Assembly: GCA_043800065.1 (NCBI GenBank)
Contig: JAZDNG010000029.1
Span: 2,837-66,836, forward strand
Length of the DNA stretch: 64,000 nt
Direction of reading: 5' to 3'
Source of the DNA: Candidatus Omnitrophota bacterium
Lineage (GTDB): Bacteria; Omnitrophota; Gorgyraeia; JAHIPI01
A program made the position numbers and the translations under genes. Of this stretch, positions 1 through 8,564 are shown piece after piece. Each line of letters begins with the position of its first letter. Position 1 is the first letter of the stretch. Below the pieces are notes generated by a model, which was not told where the DNA came from, made no database searches, and was given only the letters and a program-made list of their open reading frames with translations.

Positions 1-233
1 ATCACTTAGTGGATTATTTAGAAAAAAACGGTATTGAAACGAGAGATTTGTTTTCATCCATGCCTACCCAGTGCCCCGGCTTTTCCTTCCTCGGCTATAA
101 ATCAGGGGATTTTCCTAATGCCGAATATATCGGAAATAACGGCTTACATATAGGAGTTCATCAAGACCTGGGAGAGCGGCACATAGATTATTTTATGGAC
201 GTGGTGGCGAAATTTTTGCGGAGATCAGTCTAA
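1..233 (+). CDS. DegT/DnrJ/EryC1/StrS-family aminotransferase, C-terminal fragment (5' end outside window; reading frame starts at position 3)
   Basis: ORF 9..233 translation (…IETRDLF…FPNAEYIGNNGLHIGVHQDLGERHIDYFMDVV…) resembles the C-terminal small domain of sugar aminotransferases. The ORF is open to the window edge. Stop TAA at 231-233. Confidence 0.5.
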   Translation, partial: HLVDYLEKNGIETRDLFSSMPTQCPGFSFLGYKSGDFPNAEYIGNNGLHIGVHQDLGERHIDYFMDVVAKFLRRSV

Positions 234-1530
234 AGCTTTCAAATATCCCTCTTGCGCTTATCACAAGATAAAACGGCACTATCGGCACCCTCATTCGGGA
301 ATAGGCCAAAACCCCTGACAACGCTGTAAAATAGCAAATGGTCATCATAAGAAGCAGGGCAAATATCCGCTTATCCTTCGGCCATACAATAATCAATCCG
401 ATTACAACAAAGAGATACTCCAGTATTTGCTTTGTCAATAGAATCAAGGTGGGAAGTTCATTATAGTAATTCGCGATTATTTTATGCGCAGTAAGCGGGA
501 TATCTTCCGTTATCGAAAACGGCTTTGCTTTAATTGCGAACAGGTCTGATATGCCGGTTCTCGCCGTTCCGAAATACATCATGAGGATGCGTTTTGTGAA
601 ATATTTTGCATATTGAACGGGATTTTCAGAGATATATGAAAAAGCTATCTTCCTGTATATTTTTGCTTCCTCGAATGGATTTGTAATGCCTTCTACCGAA
701 TTGCCCACTAACGCTTCCAAGGCCTCGTCCCGACTAATGTTTTCCGCATTTACTTTCGCAAGTACTGCCCCTCCTCTGCAAAAAAAGCGACCGGATGTTG
801 TCGATACGGCGTAATAACCGTAGGTCCGTAAATTATGAAGTTGCCATGGAGATATTACAGCACAGAAGACCAGAAGTAGCATTACGATATTGCGTAATTT
901 TTGAGAGATGCTGCCGGCGCTAAACATCAAAACGATAAAAAAGACCGCGGGGAAATACTGGCTTATAGGCCTAAAGAGAGTGGCCAAACCGGCGAAGAGC
1001 CCGGCTAATGCAAATCCCGATAACATGTTTTTCGTTAACCCCTTTATAAAGAAGAGGATACTCAAAGCAAAAAGGAATGTAAACGGAACTTCGGTAAGAA
1101 GTCTGATGCTGTAATAGGCAGATAGAAAGTTTACAGAATAAAGAAAAGCTGCTATAAGCGCAATTTTCTCAGATTGGAATACATCCTTTGCTATAAAATA
1201 AACTATTATCGCGATACCGGTATCCATTAAAACTTGCAGGAGAAGTACAAACCACGGTTTTGCTCCAAAGAGAAAATAGATAACCGCAAGAAATACCGGG
1301 TAGCCGGGGACTGCAAAAGCATCAACGTTTGAAAATGACTTGCTGGTAAGCAAGCCCACGGCATACGCCGTATAGCGAGCCGAGTCGCCAACCACGATTT
1401 TATTTCGTACTGCCCCTTCGTTCCATGGTTCGAGGGCAACAAAAAAAGAAAACCGTATCAAAAGAGATAATACGCAGATAAACCCCAATACCAGGGCTGC
1501 GTTTTTGGAATACCTGCCGATACTTGCCAT
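193..1530 (-). CDS. GT-C fold membrane glycosyltransferase (GT39/GT83, ArnT/PMT-like), polytopic
   Basis: 445 aa with about 10 hydrophobic helices. N-terminal loop motif GDSARYTAY resembles the DExRY loop of ArnT/PMT family enzymes. Convergent with the preceding aminotransferase. Confidence 0.45.
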   Translation of the reverse strand: MASIGRYSKNAALVLGFICVLSLLIRFSFFVALEPWNEGAVRNKIVVGDSARYTAYAVGLLTSKSFSNVDAFAVPGYPVFLAVIYFLFGAKPWFVLLLQVLMDTGIAIIVYFIAKDVFQSEKIALIAAFLYSVNFLSAYYSIRLLTEVPFTFLFALSILFFIKGLTKNMLSGFALAGLFAGLATLFRPISQYFPAVFFIVLMFSAGSISQKLRNIVMLLLVFCAVISPWQLHNLRTYGYYAVSTTSGRFFCRGGAVLAKVNAENISRDEALEALVGNSVEGITNPFEEAKIYRKIAFSYISENPVQYAKYFTKRILMMYFGTARTGISDLFAIKAKPFSITEDIPLTAHKIIANYYNELPTLILLTKQILEYLFVVIGLIIVWPKDKRIFALLLMMTICYFTALSGVLAYSRMRVPIVPFYLVISARGIFESFRLISAKISPPRP

Positions 1531-1541
1531 TTTTCTGATCT

Positions 1542-2174
1542 TTATTCGGTTATTTCTCTTATATTGAAGTTGCTTTTGCTTTTGTCAAAATTTTTATCTA
1601 TGGTAGTGAGGGCATCTAGATTCTTCAGGCCGCGCTCTGCGGCATGGTCGTGAGGTTTTATCTCAAGGACTTTTTTGAAGCACTGCCTGGCCCGTTCATA
1701 ATTCCCTAAATTAGAATGTATCTCTCCCAATAATTCATATACAACGGCGCTTTTCTTTGCGGCTTCTGCGGCACTTTCCAGTGTTACGACAGCGGCCTCT
1801 TCCATTTCTTCAAACTTGAGGAGTATCCCCAGTTTAGTCAGGGCTGCTGCGTTTTTAGGATCGTTTTTAAGTATATCTTCGTAGATAGCCATGGCGTCGT
1901 GAAAGTTACCCTTCATCTCATTGAGCATCGCCAGGAACATAGGGATTAAAGAGAAGATTCTTCTTATGAAGATGGCCAGGGTATTAGGCGGGTTTTCTTC
2001 GATATGCCTTATTTCCGCAATTCTTAAAAGTTGCCTCGCCTTTGCAAAATCAGGCTTTATATTGATGGCGTGGGTAAGCAGGTCTATGGCATATTTATAA
2101 TTCCGCCTCTCCAATGCTATCTGCGCCTTCTCGTAGTGGTCCTTAATCTCTTTCGGTATAGCATCTTCCGGCAT
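1542..2174 (-). CDS. Tetratricopeptide-repeat protein
   Basis: Repeated 34-aa A/Y/L-rich helical repeats (…NYERARQCFKKVLEIKP…, …AMAIYEDILKNDPKNAAALTKLG…). Confidence 0.6.
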   Translation of the reverse strand: MPEDAIPKEIKDHYEKAQIALERRNYKYAIDLLTHAINIKPDFAKARQLLRIAEIRHIEENPPNTLAIFIRRIFSLIPMFLAMLNEMKGNFHDAMAIYEDILKNDPKNAAALTKLGILLKFEEMEEAAVVTLESAAEAAKKSAVVYELLGEIHSNLGNYERARQCFKKVLEIKPHDHAAERGLKNLDALTTIDKNFDKSKSNFNIREITE

Positions 2175-2201
2175 ATTTTAGTCCTTCTGTTTTAGTTTAC
2201 G

Positions 2202-2981
2202 TCAGTTTTTTAAATACGCCCCAACCGTTGCGTTAAACTTATCTTTGTCACATTTCGGTACAAAGATCAAGTTGCCCCATGTAGGCTCATAGTCAAGGGG
2301 GTAGGAGACGCACCGGAGCCATTTACGGTAAGGCCGCGGGAAGCCCTCTCTGCTATATTCTATAGGGGGCGCCCAGTCAGAAACAAATGTTGCATACCCT
2401 TGCTTATTCATATAAGCTGCCATATCATGGTGGGTATAGCCAAAATGGGGGCGTGAACGTTCATCCAAAAATTCCGCTATTATAAGCTCGGGATGATATT
2501 TCGTAAAATCAAAACCTTTGAGCGCCAGAAAATCAGCCCCCTCAATGTCAATTTTTAAGAACGTCACGGTTTTGATATTTAATTCTTTAAGCACATCTTT
2601 TAAAGTGACTGTTTCTACTTCATAGGCCAATTTATGAGTCTTATCGAAAGGTTTAAATGAATGGATTCCCCAATGTATGGCACTTACGTAAAAAGATACC
2701 TTGGCGTTTGCGTCCGATACGGCCTTAGAGATGCAGGTTACATTCTTAAATCCGGCTAAATTATGTTTAAGCGTAGCATACATCTTTCGTTCCGGCTCAA
2801 AAGCCAGAATCCCCCAGCCCTTTTCTGCGAATATGCGCGTGACACGGCCATTATGAGCGCCTACATCTACCAAAAAAGGCTCGTTACTATTAAACTTATA
2901 AGTTGCTATGAGCTCGTGTTCCGAAAATTCCATATTTTTCACCATTTGATTTACCGCCAATAGGGCATCCGTTGAGGACAC
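2202..2981 (-). CDS. FkbM-family SAM-dependent methyltransferase
   Basis: VDVGAHNGRVTRIFAEKG…AFEP… and …FLKIDIEGADFLALKG motifs are typical of the FkbM methyltransferase family. Confidence 0.7.
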   Translation of the reverse strand: MSSTDALLAVNQMVKNMEFSEHELIATYKFNSNEPFLVDVGAHNGRVTRIFAEKGWGILAFEPERKMYATLKHNLAGFKNVTCISKAVSDANAKVSFYVSAIHWGIHSFKPFDKTHKLAYEVETVTLKDVLKELNIKTVTFLKIDIEGADFLALKGFDFTKYHPELIIAEFLDERSRPHFGYTHHDMAAYMNKQGYATFVSDWAPPIEYSREGFPRPYRKWLRCVSYPLDYEPTWGNLIFVPKCDKDKFNATVGAYLKN

Positions 2982-3134
2982 TTTATTCTAGCACACATAA
3001 AGTAGAGTATCAACTTTTTATTTTTAAGATATTTTAATTGTTTAGCCAACTGTGCGATAGCGTGGTAATAGCGAGAAGGCACCGTCATCCCGCCTTCTTG
3101 ATTGTACAAAAATTGAACAAAACCGTTTTTATAC

Positions 3135-3163
3135 TTGACATCCGCTCCCTCAGGACATACAAT
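3135..3163 (+). promoter_or_regulatory. Sigma70-type promoter for the regulator and pse operon (-35 TTGACA, 17-nt spacer, -10 TACAAT)
   Basis: TTGACA at 3135-3140. A 17-nt spacer follows, then TACAAT at 3158-3163, about 12 nt upstream of the 3175 start region. The 193-bp intergenic region is divergent from the minus-strand FkbM gene. Confidence 0.45.
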
Positions 3164-3174
3164 ATGTTCAACTA

Positions 3175-3528
3175 ATGAACAGATTGGAGATTATGAATAA
3201 CCACGTTGCTTTAAAAGAAGAACAGACGCTTAATCTTATACGCGAGGTAGAAAAAGACCCCGCACTTAACCAAAGAACGCTTTCCCAGAAACTTAACGTG
3301 TCTTTGGGTAAGACAAACTACCTTCTTAATGAACTTGCCAAAAAAGGCGTTATCAAAATAGCCAGTTTCTCTAAAAATCCCAAAAAGGCCAAGAAGATAC
3401 GCTACATTCTTACACAAAAAGGCCTTCAGCAGAAAATAAAACTTACCTGCCAATTTCTCCAGGTTAAGGAGACGGAGTATAAAAAGCTGAAAGATGAATA
3501 TGATGAATATGTTAACGGGAGGGTATGA
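3175..3528 (+). CDS. MarR-family EPS-associated winged-helix transcriptional regulator
   Basis: 117 aa. The segment …LNQRTLSQKLNVSLGKTNYLLNELAKKGVIKI… is a wHTH resembling the small regulators found at the head of exopolysaccharide and nonulosonate loci. Its stop overlaps the pseB start (ATGA). Confidence 0.5.
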   Translation: MNRLEIMNNHVALKEEQTLNLIREVEKDPALNQRTLSQKLNVSLGKTNYLLNELAKKGVIKIASFSKNPKKAKKIRYILTQKGLQQKIKLTCQFLQVKETEYKKLKDEYDEYVNGRV

Positions 3529-4517
3529 TGTTAAATAATAAAGTGGTTCTTATAACAGGCGGAACGGGCTCTTTCGGACAGAGATTTACGGAAATAATAT
3601 TCCAAAAGTACCGGCCCAAAAAAATTGTCATATTGAGCAGGGATGAATTTAAGCAATCCGAAATGGCCAGGCGCTTTTACGCCTCTAAGTATAACATCCG
3701 GTTTTTCCTGGGGGACATAAGGGACAAAGATAGGTTGGAGCGGGCCTTTGAGGGCATTGATTATGTAGTCCACGCCGCGGCATTAAAACAAGTTCCGGCC
3801 CTTGAATATAATCCTGGCGAGGCCGTAAAGACCAACATAATCGGCGCGGATAATATCGTCGCCGCCGCCATTAATAAAAATGTTAAGAAAGTAATAGCCC
3901 TATCTACGGATAAAGCGGTAAATCCCATAAGTTTATACGGCGCTACTAAATTGGTGGCGGAAAAGGTATTTGTTGATGCCAATGCCTACGGCGGCAACAG
4001 GGTAAAATTTTCAGTCGTCAGGTACGGCAATGTTGTGGCATCCCGCGGCAGCGTAATCCAGCTTTTTATGGAATTAAAGAAGAAGAATATTAAAGAATTG
4101 CCCATAACGGATGCCAGGATGACGCGTTTTTGGATGACGCTAGAACAAAGTGTTAAGCTTGTAATCAAGGCGCTGGAAGATGCAGAGGGAGGAGAGATAT
4201 TTATACCCCGTATCCCGTCTATGAAAATAATAGATTTGGCAAGGGCCATTGAACCGAAATGTCGCTTTAAGGTTATAGGGATAAGGCCCGGCGAAAAGAT
4301 GCACGAATCATTGACCGCAGAAGATGACTGCAGCAGGATCAAAATATACAGGGATATGTATGTTATTCTGCCGCAATTTTTTGAAAGAAAAGAAGTGCAT
4401 AGAAAATACGAAAAATGCAAATCTGTTCCTAATGGATTTAGCTATAGGAGCGATAATAACATTAGTTGGCTTACCGTAACAAAATTGAGGAAAATTTTGG
4501 ATAATATGACAATATGA
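3525..4517 (+). CDS. pseB: UDP-N-acetylglucosamine 4,6-dehydratase (inverting), PseB/FlaA1
   Basis: Near-collinear with Helicobacter/Campylobacter PseB: ITGGTGSFG…SRDE.KQ.EM…GDVRD…HAAALKQVP..EYNP.E..KTNI.G..N…ALSTDKA.NP..LYGATKL…FS.VRYGNV..SRGSV…PITD..MTRFW.T. Confidence 0.85.
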   Translation: MMLNNKVVLITGGTGSFGQRFTEIIFQKYRPKKIVILSRDEFKQSEMARRFYASKYNIRFFLGDIRDKDRLERAFEGIDYVVHAAALKQVPALEYNPGEAVKTNIIGADNIVAAAINKNVKKVIALSTDKAVNPISLYGATKLVAEKVFVDANAYGGNRVKFSVVRYGNVVASRGSVIQLFMELKKKNIKELPITDARMTRFWMTLEQSVKLVIKALEDAEGGEIFIPRIPSMKIIDLARAIEPKCRFKVIGIRPGEKMHESLTAEDDCSRIKIYRDMYVILPQFFERKEVHRKYEKCKSVPNGFSYRSDNNISWLTVTKLRKILDNMTI

Positions 4518-5668
4518 AAAAAATACTATACGCGCACCAATACATAGATTCTGCCGATATAGATTCGGTCCACATGGCGCTTAAGTCGGATTGGCTTACG
4601 CAGGGGCCGAAGATAAAGGAATTTGAAGATGTATTATATAATTATGCCGGCGCTAAATATGCCGTTGCGGTATCGAGCGGAACAGCCGCGCTACATCTTG
4701 CCATGATGGCGCTCGGAATAGGCAAGGGAGACGAAATCATTACCTCTCCCATCACTTTTTCTGCCAGCGCAAATTGCGCCGTATATGTGGGGGCTACCCC
4801 AAGATTTGTGGATATAGATGATGCTACCTACCATTTGGACATAAAAAAATTAAAAGATTTTCTAAAAGTGCCGTCGCACAGAAAGAAAGTAAAAGCGATT
4901 ATTCCCGTCGATTTTATGGGAACTGTTATTGACACGCCGGCAATAATGAAGGTCTGCGATAAATATGGCATATATATAGTAGAAGATGCGGCACATGCCT
5001 TGGGTGCCGAATACAGATACAACAAAGAATGGCTCAAGGTAGGAAGTTGCCGCCATTGCGATATAACAATACTCAGCTTTCACCCTATAAAACATATAAC
5101 CACGGGCGAAGGCGGCGCCATTCTTACTAATAATAAAGATGTTTGTGAGGCAGCATTGCGGTTTCGCCATCACGGTATTTGCCGGGTTAAAAATAAGCCA
5201 AAATGGATGTACGATATTCCGCAACCGGGATTTAATTACCGTATTACCGATTTTCAGTGCGCTTTGGGTATATCCCAGATGAAAAAATTGGATAAAATGG
5301 TAAATGTGCGTAGGCGATTAGTCGGTAGCTATAACGACGCCTTTAGCTTGATCGAAGAAATCCGATTACCGTATGAAGCAAAAGATACTAAAGCATCATA
5401 CCATTTGTATACCATAAGAGTTCCTGCGGCGCGGCGCAACAGGCTATATGATTATCTAAGGGGCAAAGGCATCCTTACCCAAGTAAATTATATCCCAGTA
5501 CATTTGCTTTCTTATTATAAGAAGAATTTCGGATATAAACGCGGAGATTTTCCGGTTGCCGAAAGATATTTCGACGAATGCCTTAGCCTTCCGCTGCATG
5601 TTGGCCTGTCTAGACAAGACCAAAAAAAAGTAATAGACGAAACCATAAGGTTTTTTAGGAATGAGTGA
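4514..5668 (+). CDS. pseC: UDP-4-amino-4,6-dideoxy-N-acetyl-beta-L-altrosamine transaminase-like (DegT family, PseC-like)
   Basis: DegT-family fold with PLP lysine context …ILSFHPIKHITTGEGGAI…. It directly follows pseB with an ATGA start/stop overlap. Confidence 0.7.
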   Translation: MKKILYAHQYIDSADIDSVHMALKSDWLTQGPKIKEFEDVLYNYAGAKYAVAVSSGTAALHLAMMALGIGKGDEIITSPITFSASANCAVYVGATPRFVDIDDATYHLDIKKLKDFLKVPSHRKKVKAIIPVDFMGTVIDTPAIMKVCDKYGIYIVEDAAHALGAEYRYNKEWLKVGSCRHCDITILSFHPIKHITTGEGGAILTNNKDVCEAALRFRHHGICRVKNKPKWMYDIPQPGFNYRITDFQCALGISQMKKLDKMVNVRRRLVGSYNDAFSLIEEIRLPYEAKDTKASYHLYTIRVPAARRNRLYDYLRGKGILTQVNYIPVHLLSYYKKNFGYKRGDFPVAERYFDECLSLPLHVGLSRQDQKKVIDETIRFFRNE

Positions 5669-6539
5669 TATTTCTGCAAAAAAATTATCATTAGGCACGG
5701 CACAATTCGGCATGGACTACGGAATCGCAAACGAGAGAGGGCGGATGCCAAAAGACAGCGTTTTCAAAGTCCTAGAATATGCAAGCGCTGCCGGCATGGA
5801 TACGCTTGATACCGCATACGAATACGGCGACAGCGAAGAGATCATAGGCGAGTATCTAAAAAATTCAAATAACAGATTTAAGATAATCTCTAAAATGCCC
5901 AAAGCAAACGGCAGTATGGATGATCCGGTTTCGTATTTCCCAAAAAGCTTGAAGCGTCTTAAGCAAGATAAAATTCATGGCTACCTAGTTAGGGATTCGG
6001 AAATCGCAGGATATGAAGAATTATATAAGAAACTTCTTGTCCTAAAAAAAGACGGTCTTATCGAGAAGATAGGCCTGTCCCTATATACTACAGATTCGCT
6101 CGATCAGATCTTAAGGCTCGATTTGCCCGTAGATATACTGCAAGCCCCTTATAATATTTTTGACAGGCGGTTTGAACGCTATTTTCCGGCGCTTAGAGCG
6201 CGCGGCGTTGATATACATACGCGGTCGGTATTTTTGCAAGGGTTATTTTTTCTAAACGAAAAAAGGATCGCCAAAGACTTTACCACCGCAAGTCTTGCGA
6301 TATCGCAACTGCGCGGAGTTTCATCCGGATGCGGCGTGCCGATAGCTGCGTTATGCCTTTCTTTCGTGATGCTGAATAGCAATATAGACAAGGTGATAAT
6401 AGGCGTTGATTCATTAGATCAGCTTAAAGAAAACGTGGATTCATTGAAGTATGTCGGCAAAGTGCAGCAGTTAGGCGACAGTTTAAACGCGCTGGAACTA
6501 GAAAAGGAAGAAATAATTCTTCCGTATACATGGAAATGA
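5661..6539 (+). CDS. Aldo/keto reductase family oxidoreductase
   Basis: N-terminal LGTAQFGMDYG… AKR signature. 292 aa, a typical AKR length. Confidence 0.65.
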   Translation: MSDISAKKLSLGTAQFGMDYGIANERGRMPKDSVFKVLEYASAAGMDTLDTAYEYGDSEEIIGEYLKNSNNRFKIISKMPKANGSMDDPVSYFPKSLKRLKQDKIHGYLVRDSEIAGYEELYKKLLVLKKDGLIEKIGLSLYTTDSLDQILRLDLPVDILQAPYNIFDRRFERYFPALRARGVDIHTRSVFLQGLFFLNEKRIAKDFTTASLAISQLRGVSSGCGVPIAALCLSFVMLNSNIDKVIIGVDSLDQLKENVDSLKYVGKVQQLGDSLNALELEKEEIILPYTWK

Positions 6540-7261
6540 AAGCGACTATTATAGTACAGGCGAGAACGGGCTCTACGCGGCTTCCGGGTAAGGTGCTGCT
6601 GAAGGTGCTTAATAAAAGCGTACTTGAACACCTGATTGAGCGGCTTATGCGCGCGAAAGCGGTCGATAGGATAATTGTTGCGACAACTATCGCCCAAGAC
6701 GATAACAAGATCGTGGACCTAGCGGCCAAAATGGGTATTTCAGCATATCAGGGTTCAGAGGAAGATGTCCTTGACAGGTTTTATCAGACGGCGTTACAGT
6801 TCGGCTTAAAAGATATCGTGCGGATCACGGCTGATTGCCCCCTGATGGATCCGTCGGTGATCGACAAGGGGATTGAATGTTATTTTTCATCGGCTACCGA
6901 TTATGCGTCAAATGTCTTAGAACGTACTTATCCTGACGGCGAAGATGTCGAAGTATTCAGCTTCGATGCTCTTCGTCGCGCATGGAAGGAAACGAGGCTC
7001 CGGTCGGAGAGAGAGCACGTTACGTTGTATGTAAGAAAGCATCCGGAAAAATTCAAATTAACTAATTTTAAGAACGAGATAAACATCGCGGATAAACGAT
7101 GGACCCTTGACAGGGAAGAAGATTTTATTTTTGTAAAAAAAGTTTACGAAGGGCTGTATCCTGATAAGCAATATTTCGGCATGGAAGATATCATGAACTT
7201 TCTAAAAAATAATCCCGGCACGGAAGAGATCAATAAAAAATGGGTCAAACAATATGAATAA
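6530..7261 (+). CDS. CMP-sugar cytidylyltransferase (CTP_transf_3 family; PseF/SpsF/NeuA-like)
   Basis: N-terminal IIVQARTGSTRLPGKVL motif of acylneuraminate/pseudaminate cytidylyltransferases. 243 aa. Confidence 0.6.
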   Translation: MEMKATIIVQARTGSTRLPGKVLLKVLNKSVLEHLIERLMRAKAVDRIIVATTIAQDDNKIVDLAAKMGISAYQGSEEDVLDRFYQTALQFGLKDIVRITADCPLMDPSVIDKGIECYFSSATDYASNVLERTYPDGEDVEVFSFDALRRAWKETRLRSEREHVTLYVRKHPEKFKLTNFKNEINIADKRWTLDREEDFIFVKKVYEGLYPDKQYFGMEDIMNFLKNNPGTEEINKKWVKQYE

Positions 7262-8564
7262 AGGCCAAACGTTATACAAAAAAGCAAAAAAGTTGATTCC
7301 CGGAGGGACGCAGCTTTTTTCCAAAAATCCGGAAAATTTCTTACCGGAACTTTGGCCGGCTTATTACGAAAAAGCAAAAGGCTGTAATATCTGGGGGCTA
7401 GACGGAAAAAAGTATCGCGATATGGGCCATATGGGTATCGGCGCCTGTATTTTGGGTTACGCCGATAAAGATGTCGATGGTGCGGTAAAGCGGGCAGTTC
7501 AAAAGGGTTCTATGACTACTCTTAATTGCTACGAAGAAGTCGAGTTAGCGGAATTGCTTTGCGATATTCATCCTTGGGCCAAGAAAGTGCGATACGCCAG
7601 AACCGGCGGCGAGGCAATGACTGTAGCGGTGAGGGTCGCCAGAACAAAGACAAAAAAAGATATAATACTTTTTTGCGGTTATCACGGTTGGCACGATTGG
7701 TATCTGTCCGCGAATTTGGCGGATGACAGGTGCTTGGACGGGCATCTTCTTCCGGGGTTGAAGCCGGCAGGGGTGCCGCGGGGGCTCAAAGGCACGTCGC
7801 TCCCGTTTAGTTATAACGACATAAACGGATTTACGAAATTAATAGAGAGGCACAAGGGTAAGATCGCCGCTGTGGTTATGGAGCCGATAAGGAATTATTC
7901 TCCCGACAGGGGGTTCCTTGAAACAATACGCGAAGCGGCGGATGATTCTGGAGCGATACTTATATTTGACGAAATCACGGCTGGGTGGCGCCTTAATTTC
8001 GGAGGAGCGCATCTTAAATTCGGGGTCGATCCGGATATAGCTGTTTTTGCGAAGGCCATAAGCAACGGTTACCCTATGGCGGCAATCATAGGAAAAAAAG
8101 ACGTAATGGACGCCGCCGAGGAGACTTTTATAAGCAGCACGTATTGGACAGAGCGCATAGGTCCGGTGGCTGCCCTGGCGACCATAAAAAAGTTAAAAAA
8201 GCTCAATATTTCGGCGCATCTTGAACATATGGGTAAAGTTGTCCAGGACGGCTGGAGGAAGACGGCGAAAAAACACAGCATTAACATAACTATAAGCGGG
8301 ACGCCGCCTTTAGGGCATTTCTCATTCTATTATGATAAGCCGCTTGTTTTAAAAACACTATTTACTCAGGAGATGCTCAAAAAAGGCTTTTTAGCGGCCC
8401 CGGCGTTTTACGCTTCGTATGCTCACAAGGAAAAGGACATAAATGAGTATCTGAAAGCCCTTGACAGCGTATTTAGGATTATTGCCTCGGCCGCAAAAAG
8501 CAGTAATCCCAAAAAGTATCTAAATGGACCGGTTTGCCATAGTGGATTCAAAAGGTTGGCATGA
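7254..8564 (+). CDS. Class-III PLP aminotransferase (glutamate-1-semialdehyde aminomutase-like)
   Basis: …GGEAMTVAVRVAR…, …IFDEITAGWR… and the …FAKAISNGYPMAA… lysine motif are characteristic of GSA-AT-like aminotransferases. Confidence 0.7.
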   Translation: MNKGQTLYKKAKKLIPGGTQLFSKNPENFLPELWPAYYEKAKGCNIWGLDGKKYRDMGHMGIGACILGYADKDVDGAVKRAVQKGSMTTLNCYEEVELAELLCDIHPWAKKVRYARTGGEAMTVAVRVARTKTKKDIILFCGYHGWHDWYLSANLADDRCLDGHLLPGLKPAGVPRGLKGTSLPFSYNDINGFTKLIERHKGKIAAVVMEPIRNYSPDRGFLETIREAADDSGAILIFDEITAGWRLNFGGAHLKFGVDPDIAVFAKAISNGYPMAAIIGKKDVMDAAEETFISSTYWTERIGPVAALATIKKLKKLNISAHLEHMGKVVQDGWRKTAKKHSINITISGTPPLGHFSFYYDKPLVLKTLFTQEMLKKGFLAAPAFYASYAHKEKDINEYLKALDSVFRIIASAAKSSNPKKYLNGPVCHSGFKRLA

